From Polyangiaceae bacterium (GTDB lineage Bacteria > Myxococcota_A > Polyangia > Polyangiales > Polyangiaceae), in contig JBILLK010000030.1 of NCBI GenBank assembly GCA_044376115.1, forward strand, positions 73,361 through 137,360: 64,000 nt of DNA, in the 5' to 3' direction. Shown piece by piece: positions 9,800 to 19,891 of this stretch (position 1 is its first letter; the number at the start of each line of letters is the position of its first letter). Both the position numbers and the translations under genes were made by a program. The notes below the pieces were generated by a model that saw only the letters and a program-made list of their open reading frames with translations, was not told the DNA's origin and made no database searches.

Positions 9800-11269
9800 T
9801 CAATCTCGAGTCGCTGCTGCCTCGCGGTCCTTCAACTTAGTGCTCTTGGGCGGCTTGGCCTCCACAGCTGGCTTCTCCGCGATGACTGTCTTCTCCGCCG
9901 CGACGGGCGCTTGGGTCTCCTCTTGCGCGGCGGTCGGTGGCGTCGGGGCGGGTAAAGCGGCGTCCGCGCGAGGGTCGCCTGCGGCGCGGGGACCTGCCCC
10001 CCGATTGCGGTGTGCGTTGACGGACGGCTCTGGCGCGGGTTCCAAGTCCTCGAGTTTGAGCGCCACAGGGGCGAGAGTCGCTGATGCGACGGTCGCGGAT
10101 GGCGCGGCTTGCGTGTCGCTGCTGAGGACGTCATTCGCCGATTCCTCGCGTTCCGTCGCTGGGCCCACCCGAGCCGAGGACAGCGCTTTCTGTCCGAAGA
10201 ATCCGACTCCCAGCAGCATCGAGAGCGCGATCGCCGAGAGGCCAACCAGCTTGGCCCGACGAGTTTCGACTCGCGCTGGGGCAGCGGTCTCAGCAGCTGC
10301 AGCTGCGGCCGCGGCTACCACGGCTTGTTGCGAATAGCCTGGCGTAAGCGCCTGAGCGGTATCGGCGAAGACCATCGGGGCGTTGGAAACATGCCGTTCG
10401 AGATCGTCGAGCAGCTCGTTCATTGAGTGATAGCGATTCCCCGTGTCCTTCTCGAGCGCTCGCTTGACGACCCGGGTGAGCCGGGCGTCACCGAGTCTCT
10501 CGATCGGCTCGAGCTTCACGGGCTCGGTAAGGATGGCTGCGGTGAGCGAAGCCAACGTCTCACCACGAAACGGCAAGGTGCCTGTGACGAGCTCGAACAG
10601 CACGATGCCCAACGACCAAATATCGCTGGCCGCTGCGACCCCGCGGGTGCTCCGTAGCTGTTCCGGGGACATGTAGTACGGCGTGCCGAGCACGCTGCCG
10701 AGCGCGGTGGTAGCAAAGCCATCGCTATCACCAAAAGCGCGCGCTTTGGCGATACCGAAGTCGAGCACCTTGATGCTGCGTAACAGCGTCCCTGGCGTCT
10801 CGCACAAGAACAGATTGGCTGGCTTGATGTCGCGGTGCACGATACCGGCGTCATGCGCCAGTTGCAGCGCACGCGCGGCCTGCGCGACATACTCAATGGC
10901 CGTCGCAATGGCTAGCGGCCCACCCCGCGAGAGCTCCACCGCCAGGTCGTGCCCACGCAGCTTCTCCATACACAAGAAGGGCTCACCGCTCTCGAGCGAA
11001 CCAGCGTCGAGAACGCGCACCACGTGCGCGCTGTCGAGCGCTGCGGCGGCTCGCCCCTCGCGCAGAAAACGCGCGCGGCCCTCGGCGTCTAGACCGAGGC
11101 TGCCTTTGAGCACCTTCACCACCACGCGGTTGGCCAGCACGAGATGCGTGCATTCGAGGACGACGCCCATGCCCCCCTCGCCGAGCTTTCGCTCTACGCG
11201 GAAGCGCCCAGCCAGCACGGTTCCAGGCGCATAGGGGTCGCTAGCGTTGCGGACGCGCTGATCGGACAT
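9800..11269 (-). CDS. Ser/Thr protein kinase with TM and Pro/Ala-rich tail
   Basis: GEGGMG, HRDIKPAN, DFG, GTPYYMSPE. Confidence 0.95.
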   Translation of the reverse strand: MSDQRVRNASDPYAPGTVLAGRFRVERKLGEGGMGVVLECTHLVLANRVVVKVLKGSLGLDAEGRARFLREGRAAAALDSAHVVRVLDAGSLESGEPFLCMEKLRGHDLAVELSRGGPLAIATAIEYVAQAARALQLAHDAGIVHRDIKPANLFLCETPGTLLRSIKVLDFGIAKARAFGDSDGFATTALGSVLGTPYYMSPEQLRSTRGVAAASDIWSLGIVLFELVTGTLPFRGETLASLTAAILTEPVKLEPIERLGDARLTRVVKRALEKDTGNRYHSMNELLDDLERHVSNAPMVFADTAQALTPGYSQQAVVAAAAAAAAETAAPARVETRRAKLVGLSAIALSMLLGVGFFGQKALSSARVGPATEREESANDVLSSDTQAAPSATVASATLAPVALKLEDLEPAPEPSVNAHRNRGAGPRAAGDPRADAALPAPTPPTAAQEETQAPVAAEKTVIAEKPAVEAKPPKSTKLKDREAAATRD

Positions 11270-11427
11270 TGCGTGAACTGGTCAGCATGAATCGGGCCAG
11301 TCGCTGACGTGGTTCTTCGGCTCTATTTCCCAGCCAGATGGATCCCGAGAGGCTCACCTGGGTAGCCTGTTTACCATCAGTCAATAGTGCGTTGACAGCC
11401 TGATAGGCGCCGAATTATGAACGTTGA

Positions 11428-12367
11428 ATGCGCATTGCCCCTTTGCACCAGGCGACCTGTCAAAGCTCTCAGCGCAGCCGATGCAGGGCCTTGCTCACGG
11501 CCTTCGCGTTGGCCGCCAGCGCCCTCGTAGCGCAGAGCGCCCGCGCAGACAGTGTTGGTCCCGACGTGGTCAACCTCAAGGATGGCGGCTTCATTCGCGG
11601 AACCGTAGTGAGCGTTGAACCCGGTAGCCACGTGATGGTCGTCGAGTACGGCAAAGAAAAGCCGCGTTCGGTCCCGTGGAGTTCCGTCGCGGACGTTCAA
11701 CGGGGCAAGGCCGCAGGTAAGTCAGAGGAAGCCTCTGCCTCGGAGAAGGAGGCGGTCCCGCTGCCCGACCTCGAGGAGCCTACTGCGTTGACTCGCAAAG
11801 TGTATATCGAGACCGAGGCGGCAGCCGAACTCTACCAAGTGGTCGGGGGGGGGCAGTATCGCTGTGCCCAATGGCGTAGCTTTCTTCAGCCAAGCAAAGT
11901 CGGTCTGCGTAGCTCCCTGTGGCGAGTCCATCGCCCTCGGGGGTAGTAGCTACTTTTACCTCGCAGGCGAGGGCTTCCCAAGTTCGCGGCACTTCCGGCT
12001 GGACCCAGGCAAAGAGCCCATCACAGTCGAGCTGACCGCCGGCTCAAACAGCGGCTTTGTCGGCGGCATAACGCTGATCTCGTTGGGTGGGGCCTCCATC
12101 CTCGGCGGGGGCTCGTTACTGCTAGTGGCTGGGATAGGTGATCTCGGCACCGGGATGCTAGTCGGCAGCGGTGTTGGGTTGTCTGTGGGCGTCGCAGCGC
12201 TTGCGATCGGTATTCCCCTGCTGGTGGGTAACAGGACGAAGGTTGAACTGCGCGAAGGGGCTCCCGGCGCACAAGACGACGACGAGCAACAGGCTATCTC
12301 GGTTTCCTTCGAGCGCGACCAGCGCCCAAGCGAGCGAGCGCCGCGCTATTGGCTAGGCGAGTTTTAA
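11428..12367 (+). CDS. Exported membrane protein split by a frameshift in a G9 run
   Basis: ORFs 11428-11946 and 11864-12367 join as VGGGSIAVPNG if G9 (11845-11853) is G8. Confidence 0.75.
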
Positions 12368-13296
12368 AGTCGCAGTCTGAACCCCGCGCTAAACCCTTGG
12401 TGGTCGAAGGAAACTTGCGGCGTCAATTCAACCTCCTCATGCGGTAACAGCAAGCCCACCAAGGTGCCAGCGGCACCGAGCGGCAACCCGATCACCGAAA
12501 CCCACGAGAGTACGAGCGCTGCGTCTTGCGCTCTCGCAGCCTCATCCCGCTGCTCCGTAGTAAAGCAGATGCCCGTTTCGTAGTTGCAGCCGGCGACGCT
12601 CTCATTGAGCACGAGTGACGCTATTCCGGAGGCTGCTGCGCCCGCTCCAAGCACCATGGAACTACCAATCAAGCCCCAGGCTGCGGTGCTGAGCCTGGTT
12701 TCTTTCTCTGGGGGTGCTGGAGCCAGCAGCTGCTCCTGGCTCTCTCCCGAGGGGGCGATCGTGAAGGCGCGGCGAATCGCCTTTTGGTGACGTGCGGTGG
12801 CAATCAGCTCGTGTTCGCCGCCATCGATGGGGCGGGCTACGTCCCATTGACTCTCTGGTAACTCGCGGCCGTCGAGCGTGATGCGAACGGCGGCGCGCTT
12901 GAGCTCATCACTCGGGCGCACCGTAACGCGGCTCACTTTCGCTTGGAGCAGCCCTATCTGCTCCTCCGCCAATTCAATGCGATCCTTTCGGCCCTGCTGA
13001 CGCGCGCGCGCGAGCACGACCTCATAGTGCTGTAACGCTGTGGCGCTGCGGCCTCTGGCGTCCTCGCAGATAGCGAGGTTCAGCAGCGTGCCGTCGGCTT
13101 TCTCGAGCGCGTAGCTCTTCTTCAGCAGCTCGCACGCTCGAGCATTGTCGCCTTGGTCCATGAGCTCGCGGGCTTCGCGAAACAGCTGATCGGCGGCCTG
13201 CTCGGAGCCGGCATCTGCGTACGAGTCACGCGGTGCGAAAGCAAAACCCGCTGCGAGCAGGTACGCAAAGCTCAGGAGGCGCATCCGCGAGGCCAT
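12364..13296 (-). CDS. TPR + PEGA-like protein with C-terminal hydrophobic hairpin
   Basis: ADQLFREAREL...ACELLKKSYAL...GTLLNLAICE; ITLDGREL; ends FSAGFRLRL. Confidence 0.8.
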   Translation of the reverse strand: MASRMRLLSFAYLLAAGFAFAPRDSYADAGSEQAADQLFREARELMDQGDNARACELLKKSYALEKADGTLLNLAICEDARGRSATALQHYEVVLARARQQGRKDRIELAEEQIGLLQAKVSRVTVRPSDELKRAAVRITLDGRELPESQWDVARPIDGGEHELIATARHQKAIRRAFTIAPSGESQEQLLAPAPPEKETRLSTAAWGLIGSSMVLGAGAAASGIASLVLNESVAGCNYETGICFTTEQRDEAARAQDAALVLSWVSVIGLPLGAAGTLVGLLLPHEEVELTPQVSFDHQGFSAGFRLRL

Positions 13297-13384
13297 CACG
13301 CTGCATCGCCCCCGATCGCGCGGCCGAGCGCGAGCCCTTCGACGGTGCTGCTCCCGCCGCGCGCATAGGGTAAGGGAAGGACCG

Positions 13385-14611
13385 ATGGATGCGCGCAAAA
13401 CCGGCTTGATTCGAGAAGGTTGTAGCGGCTTGCGATTTCCGCTCGTGTCTCTGCTTTGGGCGCTGGTGCCGCTGTCGCTGGCTTGTGGTGAGCCAGCAAC
13501 TGGAAGTGGCGGTTCGCCGGCGGCTGGCGGTTCTGGCGGCGTCTCCGGCGAGCCAGCCGGCGGCTTCGCTGGCTCCAGTTCGAGTGGCCTATCGCCTGAG
13601 GAGCAATTGCGTGAACGGCTGGCGCCGCTCGCGGAAGAGCTGGTTCAGGCGCCCTTCGGGACGGCCGCTTCGATCACGGCCATCCGTGGGCCGCTCAGCG
13701 TCACGGTGACGAGCGGTACGTTGTGGGACGGCGGTCCCCAGGCTGATGAGCAAACGTCCTTCAACGTAGCCAGCGTCAGCAAGCTGCTCACGGCGGCGCG
13801 CATCGTGAGCTTGGCCAGCGCTAGCAGCTTGGGTCTCGAGGATCCGCTGTCGCAACATTTGCCAGGCGTTCGGCTGCTGGACGGCGCCGGTCTCGATCAG
13901 AGCGGCACCGTGAAACTCCAGGACCTGTTGCAACACCGCAGCGGCTTGCCGCACCAGCCGGCGGACCTCGTCGAGCAAGCCGGCAATGACTTCTCGAACC
14001 CGGCGCTGCTCTCGTCAATGACCGAGGCTTGGGATCTGCAGCTTGCAGGTCCGCCCGGACAATATCGCTATTCCAATCTTGGTTACGCGCTCCTGGGCGC
14101 TATCGTCGAGCAAAACGGCGCCTGCTCTTTTGCAGATTGTATGGTTCCGTACTTGAGCGAACTCGAGCTACCGCGCTCGACTTTCTGGCCCGGCGCCCTC
14201 GACGAGAACGCTGCGCACGGTCGCGTCGAGGTGGATGGCGATGCGGTCTTCAACCAACCCGGCTGGTATTCGAGCCGCTACTTCTTGCCGTTTGGCGGCT
14301 TGTGGACCTCGACGGCGGAGCTAGCGAAGTTTGGTGTTGCTCTCGCTGCGGCAGAGCAAGACCTAGCGGCTCCGCTGCACGCCATGACCGAAGGGCAGGG
14401 GCACGGGTTCGGCCCCATTCACGGTGAACGTTTGGGCGCACCTACGCTCGAGCACGATGGCAGTGCGCCCGGCTTCTATGCTGCGCTAGTTGTGATTCCC
14501 GAGCGGGACATCGTGGTGGCGATCGCAACCAATGGCGGTAACGAGGCCGCCGCCGAGATTGAGGCGTTCTCGGCGATCGTCGACGACGTAGTGACGGCCG
14601 TACCCGAGTGA
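13385..14611 (+). CDS. Serine hydrolase (beta-lactamase class C/AmpC-like) lipoprotein
   Basis: SVSK, LLQHRSGL, YSN, HDG; SLAC lipobox. Confidence 0.9.
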   Translation: MDARKTGLIREGCSGLRFPLVSLLWALVPLSLACGEPATGSGGSPAAGGSGGVSGEPAGGFAGSSSSGLSPEEQLRERLAPLAEELVQAPFGTAASITAIRGPLSVTVTSGTLWDGGPQADEQTSFNVASVSKLLTAARIVSLASASSLGLEDPLSQHLPGVRLLDGAGLDQSGTVKLQDLLQHRSGLPHQPADLVEQAGNDFSNPALLSSMTEAWDLQLAGPPGQYRYSNLGYALLGAIVEQNGACSFADCMVPYLSELELPRSTFWPGALDENAAHGRVEVDGDAVFNQPGWYSSRYFLPFGGLWTSTAELAKFGVALAAAEQDLAAPLHAMTEGQGHGFGPIHGERLGAPTLEHDGSAPGFYAALVVIPERDIVVAIATNGGNEAAAEIEAFSAIVDDVVTAVPE

Positions 14612-14696
14612 GGTGCGGTTGACCTTTGGTCGACAATAAAGTTGCAGTATCCGCGGTACTTTCCCGCTTCGGCTAGCGCCCGGTTAACATCTTCGG

Positions 14697-16391
14697 ATGC
14701 GCCGAACTCTGCTCTGGCTCATGGGGTTACCGTCTCTTGCCGCAATGCTTACGAGCTGCGTGGGCCAGCTTGGCTCCGCGGGGAGCGATAGCGAAGAGAC
14801 GGAGGTATCGAAGGAGAGCTTATGCGTGGTGGATACCCCGATAAGGCGGCTCACGCGCTTCGAATACAACAATACCGTGCGTGACCTGCTGGGGGATACC
14901 ACGTCCCCTGCCAACGTCTTACCGCCGGAAGAAGAAGTGCACGGCTTTGACAATCAGGCCGCCGCGCTGACGGTGAGTGAGCTCTTGGCGGAGCAATATC
15001 TGAAGGTCGCCGAGGGCGTGAGCGAGCGAGCGACGGCGGACCTGAGCGTGCTGCTGCCTAGCTGTGACCCAGTTGCAATGGGGGATGACGCCTGCAGCGC
15101 CGAGTTCATCGAGAGCTTCGTCACGCGGGCCTTCCGTCGACCGATCACGACCGAGGAACGCGCGCGCTTACAGAGCCTTTTCGATCTTGCGTTGGCCGAT
15201 CCGGATATGGGCACCTTCCGTGACGGAGCCGCGCTGGTGATTCAGGCGGTGCTGCAATCCCCGCACTTTCTGTATCGGCCAGAGTTCGGTGGAGCGACTC
15301 CGGTCAACGCTGACGTGGTTCCGCTCGATAGCTGGGAGATCGCGACGAAGCTCTCTTACATGTTGTGGAACACCATGCCGGATGACGAGCTATTTGCGGC
15401 GGCCGAGGCAGGGGAGCTCGCAACCAAGGAGCAGATCGCGGCGCAGGCGCAGCGCATGCTGCTCGATGAAAAGGCTGGGGACGCCGTGCGCAACTTCCAC
15501 CGTCAGTGGCTGCGGCTCGTGCACCTCGACACCGTCAGCAAAGACACCATCGTCTACCCGACCTACAACGACGGCGTGCGCGACCTGTGGAAGGAAGAGA
15601 TCGAGCGCTTCATCGAGCACGTGGTGCTGACCGATGATGGCTCGCTCGGTACGCTGCTGACCGCGCCTTACTCCTTCGCAAACGCCGAGCTGGCCGGGTT
15701 TTACGGCGCTAGCGTGGTTGGAGAGGCGCCCCAAACCGAGGTGTTCGAGCAGGTCGCGATGGACCCTGCTCGCCACGCCGGGCTCTTGACCCAGGGCGCG
15801 CTGATGGGCGTGCACGCCGAGGGCAATCAGTCCTCCCCGGTGTTCCGGGGCAAGTTCGTTCGCGAGCAGCTGTTGTGTCAGACGTTGCCGCTACCGCCGG
15901 CGGATCTCGTGATTACGCCGCCCGAACTCGATCCGACCAAGACCACCCGCGAGCAATACGAGGAGATCGGCGCGAACCCGGATTGCGCCGGCTGTCACAG
16001 CTTGATGAATCCGCTCGGTTTTGGCTTCGAAAACTTCGACGGTGTTGGGCTTTGGCGTGACACCCAGAACGGTAAGCCGATCGATCCGAGCGGTGAGATC
16101 AACAACACCGAATCGCTTAACGGTACCTTCATGGGGCCAGTGGAATTGGCGAACAAGCTCGCCTCGAGTGAAGAGGTCGCTACCTGCGTGAGCTCGCAGT
16201 GGTTCCGCTTCTCGTACAATCGCACCGTCACCTCGGCCGACAGTGAAGAGGGTTGCGGGCTCGACGTGGCCAACCAGGCGTTTGCAGACTCCGGATTCAA
16301 CCTCCGCGAGCTGATCGTCGCGCTCACGCAGACAGACACGTTTAGACATCGGCATGCGGTGGTGGCAGCGAGTGAAGGAGGTGGCCAATGA
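14697..16391 (+). CDS. DUF1587/1595/1592/1588/1585 (PSD-family) lipoprotein with CxxCH
   Basis: IRRLTRFEYNNTVRDLLG, LQSPHFLYR, SPVFRG, CAGCH, GFENFDGVG. Confidence 0.9.
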   Translation: MRRTLLWLMGLPSLAAMLTSCVGQLGSAGSDSEETEVSKESLCVVDTPIRRLTRFEYNNTVRDLLGDTTSPANVLPPEEEVHGFDNQAAALTVSELLAEQYLKVAEGVSERATADLSVLLPSCDPVAMGDDACSAEFIESFVTRAFRRPITTEERARLQSLFDLALADPDMGTFRDGAALVIQAVLQSPHFLYRPEFGGATPVNADVVPLDSWEIATKLSYMLWNTMPDDELFAAAEAGELATKEQIAAQAQRMLLDEKAGDAVRNFHRQWLRLVHLDTVSKDTIVYPTYNDGVRDLWKEEIERFIEHVVLTDDGSLGTLLTAPYSFANAELAGFYGASVVGEAPQTEVFEQVAMDPARHAGLLTQGALMGVHAEGNQSSPVFRGKFVREQLLCQTLPLPPADLVITPPELDPTKTTREQYEEIGANPDCAGCHSLMNPLGFGFENFDGVGLWRDTQNGKPIDPSGEINNTESLNGTFMGPVELANKLASSEEVATCVSSQWFRFSYNRTVTSADSEEGCGLDVANQAFADSGFNLRELIVALTQTDTFRHRHAVVAASEGGGQ

Positions 16392-17758
16392 TTCGTAGGG
16401 TTCCTCGTCGAGCGCTGCTGCGCGGCGCGATTGCAGGTGGTGCCGTGGCGATTGGCCTGCCGTGGCTCGAGATCATGGAGCCGGCGAAGCGCGTCTCCGC
16501 CGCTACGGCGCCCAAGCGGGTGGTCTTCTGGTTTACCGCCAACGGCTCCTTGCCTTCCATTTGGACGCCCCCGGCCGACCTCTCGATCGCCGACCACCCG
16601 ATTCACGCGCCGCTCGCACCGCTAAAAGACAAGCTCTTGTTCTTGGCCGGGGTCGATCAGAAGGTTGCCTATCAATCGATCGGCGACGGACATCAGACGG
16701 GTATGGCTTGCTTACTTACCAATGCCGAGATTTTACCGGGTAGTCTGTTTTGCGAGGGCGAGTGCGCCGAGGGCATGCAGCAATATGTGGGTTGGGGCGG
16801 CGGCATCTCGATCGACCAACACATCGCCAACAAGATCGCCGAGACCACCACTACCAAGTACCGCTCGCTCGAGCTCGGCGTGCAGGTGAAGAGCGCCAGC
16901 GTTTGGTCGCGCATGTCGTACGCCGGTCCGGATTTGCCGTTGCCTCCGCGCGAGGACCCGACCCAGAACTTCAACGACTTCTTCAGCGATCTCGGCTCTG
17001 ACCCGTTCGCTCTGGAGGTGCTCAAGCGCAAGCGCAAGAGCGTGTTGGACGCGGTGGGCGATGACTACACCGCGTTCAACAAGCGGCTCGGCAAGGAGGA
17101 CCAAATCCGGCTCGAACAGCACCTCGAGGCGATTCGCAAGGTGGAGAAGAGCCTGGATTCGACCGGCCAGGTTGGTGAGGCCTGCGAGCTACCGACCGTG
17201 GATTTGCCGGGTGGGGAGTTCCAGCAGAATGACCTCTACCCAGTGACCGGCAAAGCACAGATGGACCTGTTGCGGATGGCGCTTGCCTGCGACATGACCC
17301 GGGTCGCCTCGCTGCAGTGGTCTACCTCGGTATCCAACACGCGCTTCACCTGGTTGCCGCTGATCTTGGGCGAAGGCCACCATGACCTCTCGCACTACGG
17401 TGATGATGCGGGCTCGGCGCAAGCCGATATCGCCAGCATCAACCGTTGGTACACCGAGCAGTTCTTCTACCTGATCGATGCCATGCGCAACACGCCAGAG
17501 GGCGACTCCACTCTGCTTGATAACTCGGTGGTTGTGTGGGTGAATGAGCTTGGCCAGGGCAACAGCCACACGCGCAGCGGCATCCCGTTCATCTTGGCTG
17601 GTGGCTGCCAAGGCAGCTTCAACACCGGTCGCGTGGTGGACGCAGGCGGTGCTCCTCACGGGCAGCTGCTGGTCTCGTTGGCGCAAGCGATGGACGCACC
17701 GGTGGACACCTTTGGCGTACCGGAACACAGCCAAGGTCCGCTGCCGAACCTCACCTGA
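16388..17758 (+). CDS. DUF1552 family Tat-exported protein
   Basis: RRALLRG Tat motif, LPWLE, ALACDMTRV, HHDLSH, TLLDNS; ATGA overlap with the upstream gene. Confidence 0.9.
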   Translation: MIRRVPRRALLRGAIAGGAVAIGLPWLEIMEPAKRVSAATAPKRVVFWFTANGSLPSIWTPPADLSIADHPIHAPLAPLKDKLLFLAGVDQKVAYQSIGDGHQTGMACLLTNAEILPGSLFCEGECAEGMQQYVGWGGGISIDQHIANKIAETTTTKYRSLELGVQVKSASVWSRMSYAGPDLPLPPREDPTQNFNDFFSDLGSDPFALEVLKRKRKSVLDAVGDDYTAFNKRLGKEDQIRLEQHLEAIRKVEKSLDSTGQVGEACELPTVDLPGGEFQQNDLYPVTGKAQMDLLRMALACDMTRVASLQWSTSVSNTRFTWLPLILGEGHHDLSHYGDDAGSAQADIASINRWYTEQFFYLIDAMRNTPEGDSTLLDNSVVVWVNELGQGNSHTRSGIPFILAGGCQGSFNTGRVVDAGGAPHGQLLVSLAQAMDAPVDTFGVPEHSQGPLPNLT

Positions 17759-17854
17759 GAACACGCGGCTGCTCCCACAGCCGCTGCTTCGGCCGAGCCC
17801 TGCACCCAAGCACGAGATGTTGCAACCGCAACCAAGCTCCATTGTGGTGTCCCC

Positions 17855-18856
17855 ATGAAGAGGGTGAGTCGCGCGATTGCCTGGGGGGCCGCGCTGGGTT
17901 GGTTTGCTGCGCCGGGGGCCTGCAGTCAGGGGACCGGGGGCGCGAGTGAGCCCCCGACGGAGGCGACTCCGGAGAAGGTTGCTCGGCCCAGCGCGGAGCC
18001 TGCTCGCGACCTCAGCGCTCTGCCGAGCGCGCGTGCAACGCTGAGCGAGTCGGCGAGCGCAACCGCGGCGGACTCTGCCAATTCGGTTAGCGAACCACCG
18101 CCCTTTCCTTCGATGGTGTCGCGTCGCGATGCCAAGGGGTCCACGGTGCGGAAGATTGCCTGCGGCACGACGTTTTGCGCGGCGGGCGTTGAGGCGTGCA
18201 CGGTCGTTTCGGGCAGCTGGCGTTGCGTGCCTTCGACTGCGGAGCTGCCGGAAGGCGGCTTTCAATGCGATGATGGGACCGACTGCGAGGCTGGAAAGAC
18301 CTGCTGTGCGAGCTTCGCGTCGGCTTCCTACTGGACGGCCTGCAGCAAGCGACGAGGCGCAGGCAGCGATTGCAGCGCGGAGCTTTGCGAGATGGACGGG
18401 GCACCCTGTCCCACTGGGACGGCGTGCGTCGAGGGCTCTTGTCGCGTGGAAACGCGGCCTACTTGCGTCGATAAGAAGCGCTGCGCGAAAGACTCGTACT
18501 GCCTCTGGGGCGATGAGCGTAAGTGCCTGACGGAGGCGGAAACGCGGGCGCGGCCCAGTGCCGACATGGTTTCGGAGGAGGGTATCCTCGGTTGTACGCG
18601 TGCTTCGGACTGCAATGGCCAGCGCTGCTGCACCTCCAGTCTGGGCCCGAGCAACACGTTTTGCTCGAACGAGTGTGACTCCGCCAACAACCAAGTGATC
18701 TGCGACACCGTGGCGGACTGCGTGCACCTCAAGCCGCTCTATTGCATGGGCGACGAGACTTGCAAAATGGCATGCCGTCGCGACCCGGCAAACGAGCAGC
18801 TGCTCCTGGTCACTCCGCCATGGACCAACGTGTGCGGCCGGGCAGAAAGCCCGTAG
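17855..18856 (+). CDS. Cys-rich lipoprotein
   Basis: Signal ending GAC; CDDxxDC...CC modules. Confidence 0.7.
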   Translation: MKRVSRAIAWGAALGWFAAPGACSQGTGGASEPPTEATPEKVARPSAEPARDLSALPSARATLSESASATAADSANSVSEPPPFPSMVSRRDAKGSTVRKIACGTTFCAAGVEACTVVSGSWRCVPSTAELPEGGFQCDDGTDCEAGKTCCASFASASYWTACSKRRGAGSDCSAELCEMDGAPCPTGTACVEGSCRVETRPTCVDKKRCAKDSYCLWGDERKCLTEAETRARPSADMVSEEGILGCTRASDCNGQRCCTSSLGPSNTFCSNECDSANNQVICDTVADCVHLKPLYCMGDETCKMACRRDPANEQLLLVTPPWTNVCGRAESP

Positions 18857-18866
18857 CAGTGCGTCG

Positions 18867-19451
18867 CTAGTTTTGCTCGTACCGCACGCGGATCACGGTG
18901 GTCGCCGTGATGGCGTTGCCGGCGTCATCGGTGCCGGGCAAAAATTGCGCGGCTTTCACGCAGCGGATCGCTTCCTGCGCGAAGCCGCCGGAGTCGCTGG
19001 CGACCTTCACGTCGCTGAGTGATCCGCTCGCACCCACCGTTACGCGAAGGGTGACGTGACCCTCGCTGACACCGTCTTTGCGATTCTCCGGAAAGGCGCA
19101 GGCGAGCTTGTTGCGAGGGCGCGGGCGCTTTCCCATCGTCGGGGGCGCGGACCAGGGCGCAGTCCCCGTGCCCGAGACGGCGCCACCCGCGACGCCCATT
19201 ACGACGCCACCGGACACGCCGCTTTCCACGAAGTCCCCTTCTGGCGCAACCTCCGGCCTGTCGATCGGGCGCACTTCGCGTGGAGGTTGCGTCGTGGCTG
19301 CGACCACCGGCTTCGGCTCGGGCGGAGTGATTTCGATTGGACGATCGAGCACGACCTCGATCGGCTCTTGCGCGCTCGGCGCGCTGGTTGCGCCACAACC
19401 GAGCGAGAGCGCGAGTCCAATACCGAGAGCCGGCAAGCTGCGCATTCGCAT
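18867..19451 (-). CDS. TonB C-terminal domain protein
   Basis: Pro-rich linker, GVSGGVVMGVAGG, FPE...EGHVTLRVTVGASG...FLPG. Confidence 0.7.
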   Translation of the reverse strand: MRMRSLPALGIGLALSLGCGATSAPSAQEPIEVVLDRPIEITPPEPKPVVAATTQPPREVRPIDRPEVAPEGDFVESGVSGGVVMGVAGGAVSGTGTAPWSAPPTMGKRPRPRNKLACAFPENRKDGVSEGHVTLRVTVGASGSLSDVKVASDSGGFAQEAIRCVKAAQFLPGTDDAGNAITATTVIRVRYEQN

Positions 19452-19617
19452 GCCGAAGGCTTACCACGTCGGGGCGCGCGCCGCTGTGCGGGCAACGCCA
19501 AGCTCTTCCGCGAACTGAGCGCGCCGGTTCTCCGTTCACACCGTTTTCACACGCGCTTCAGCAACGATTGTTGCGTCGTCATCGGGCGATTGATCGCCAG
19601 GCCTGACGCTGTGCGGC

Positions 19618-19859
19618 ATGTCGAATCCCTCTGTCGCACGGCGTCTCGCGTTTGCAGCGCCCCTCGCCGCTAGCTCGCTTACGTTTGTCGCGCTTGCGCT
19701 CAACGCTTGGTCACGCCGATCGCGTTGCTACAGGCCGCGATGGGGCTGACGCTGGGCTGGCTCGCGACCTCGCACGATCGCGTGCTGCGCTGGGCAGCAC
19801 GCGTGCTCGGTGCCGCGTTGATGGCGCTGCAGATCTATCTGCTCGTTTGCTTTGCGTAG
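19618..19859 (+). CDS. Small 3-TM membrane protein, frameshifted and absent from the ORF track
   Basis: MSNPSVARRLAFAAPLAASSLTFVALALNAW joins VTPIALLQAAMGLTLGWLA...IYLLVCFA* if GG at 19709-19710 is GGG. Confidence 0.55.
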
Positions 19860-19891
19860 GCCTTGAACGAGCCTGCCCCAATCCGCTCAGC

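Noticed and set aside
17189..18727. Long antisense ORFs (also 53521-54909, 55388-56749, 23984-25180)
   Set aside because: Shadow frames of well-supported genes in high-GC DNA; Arg/Ala-rich with no motifs
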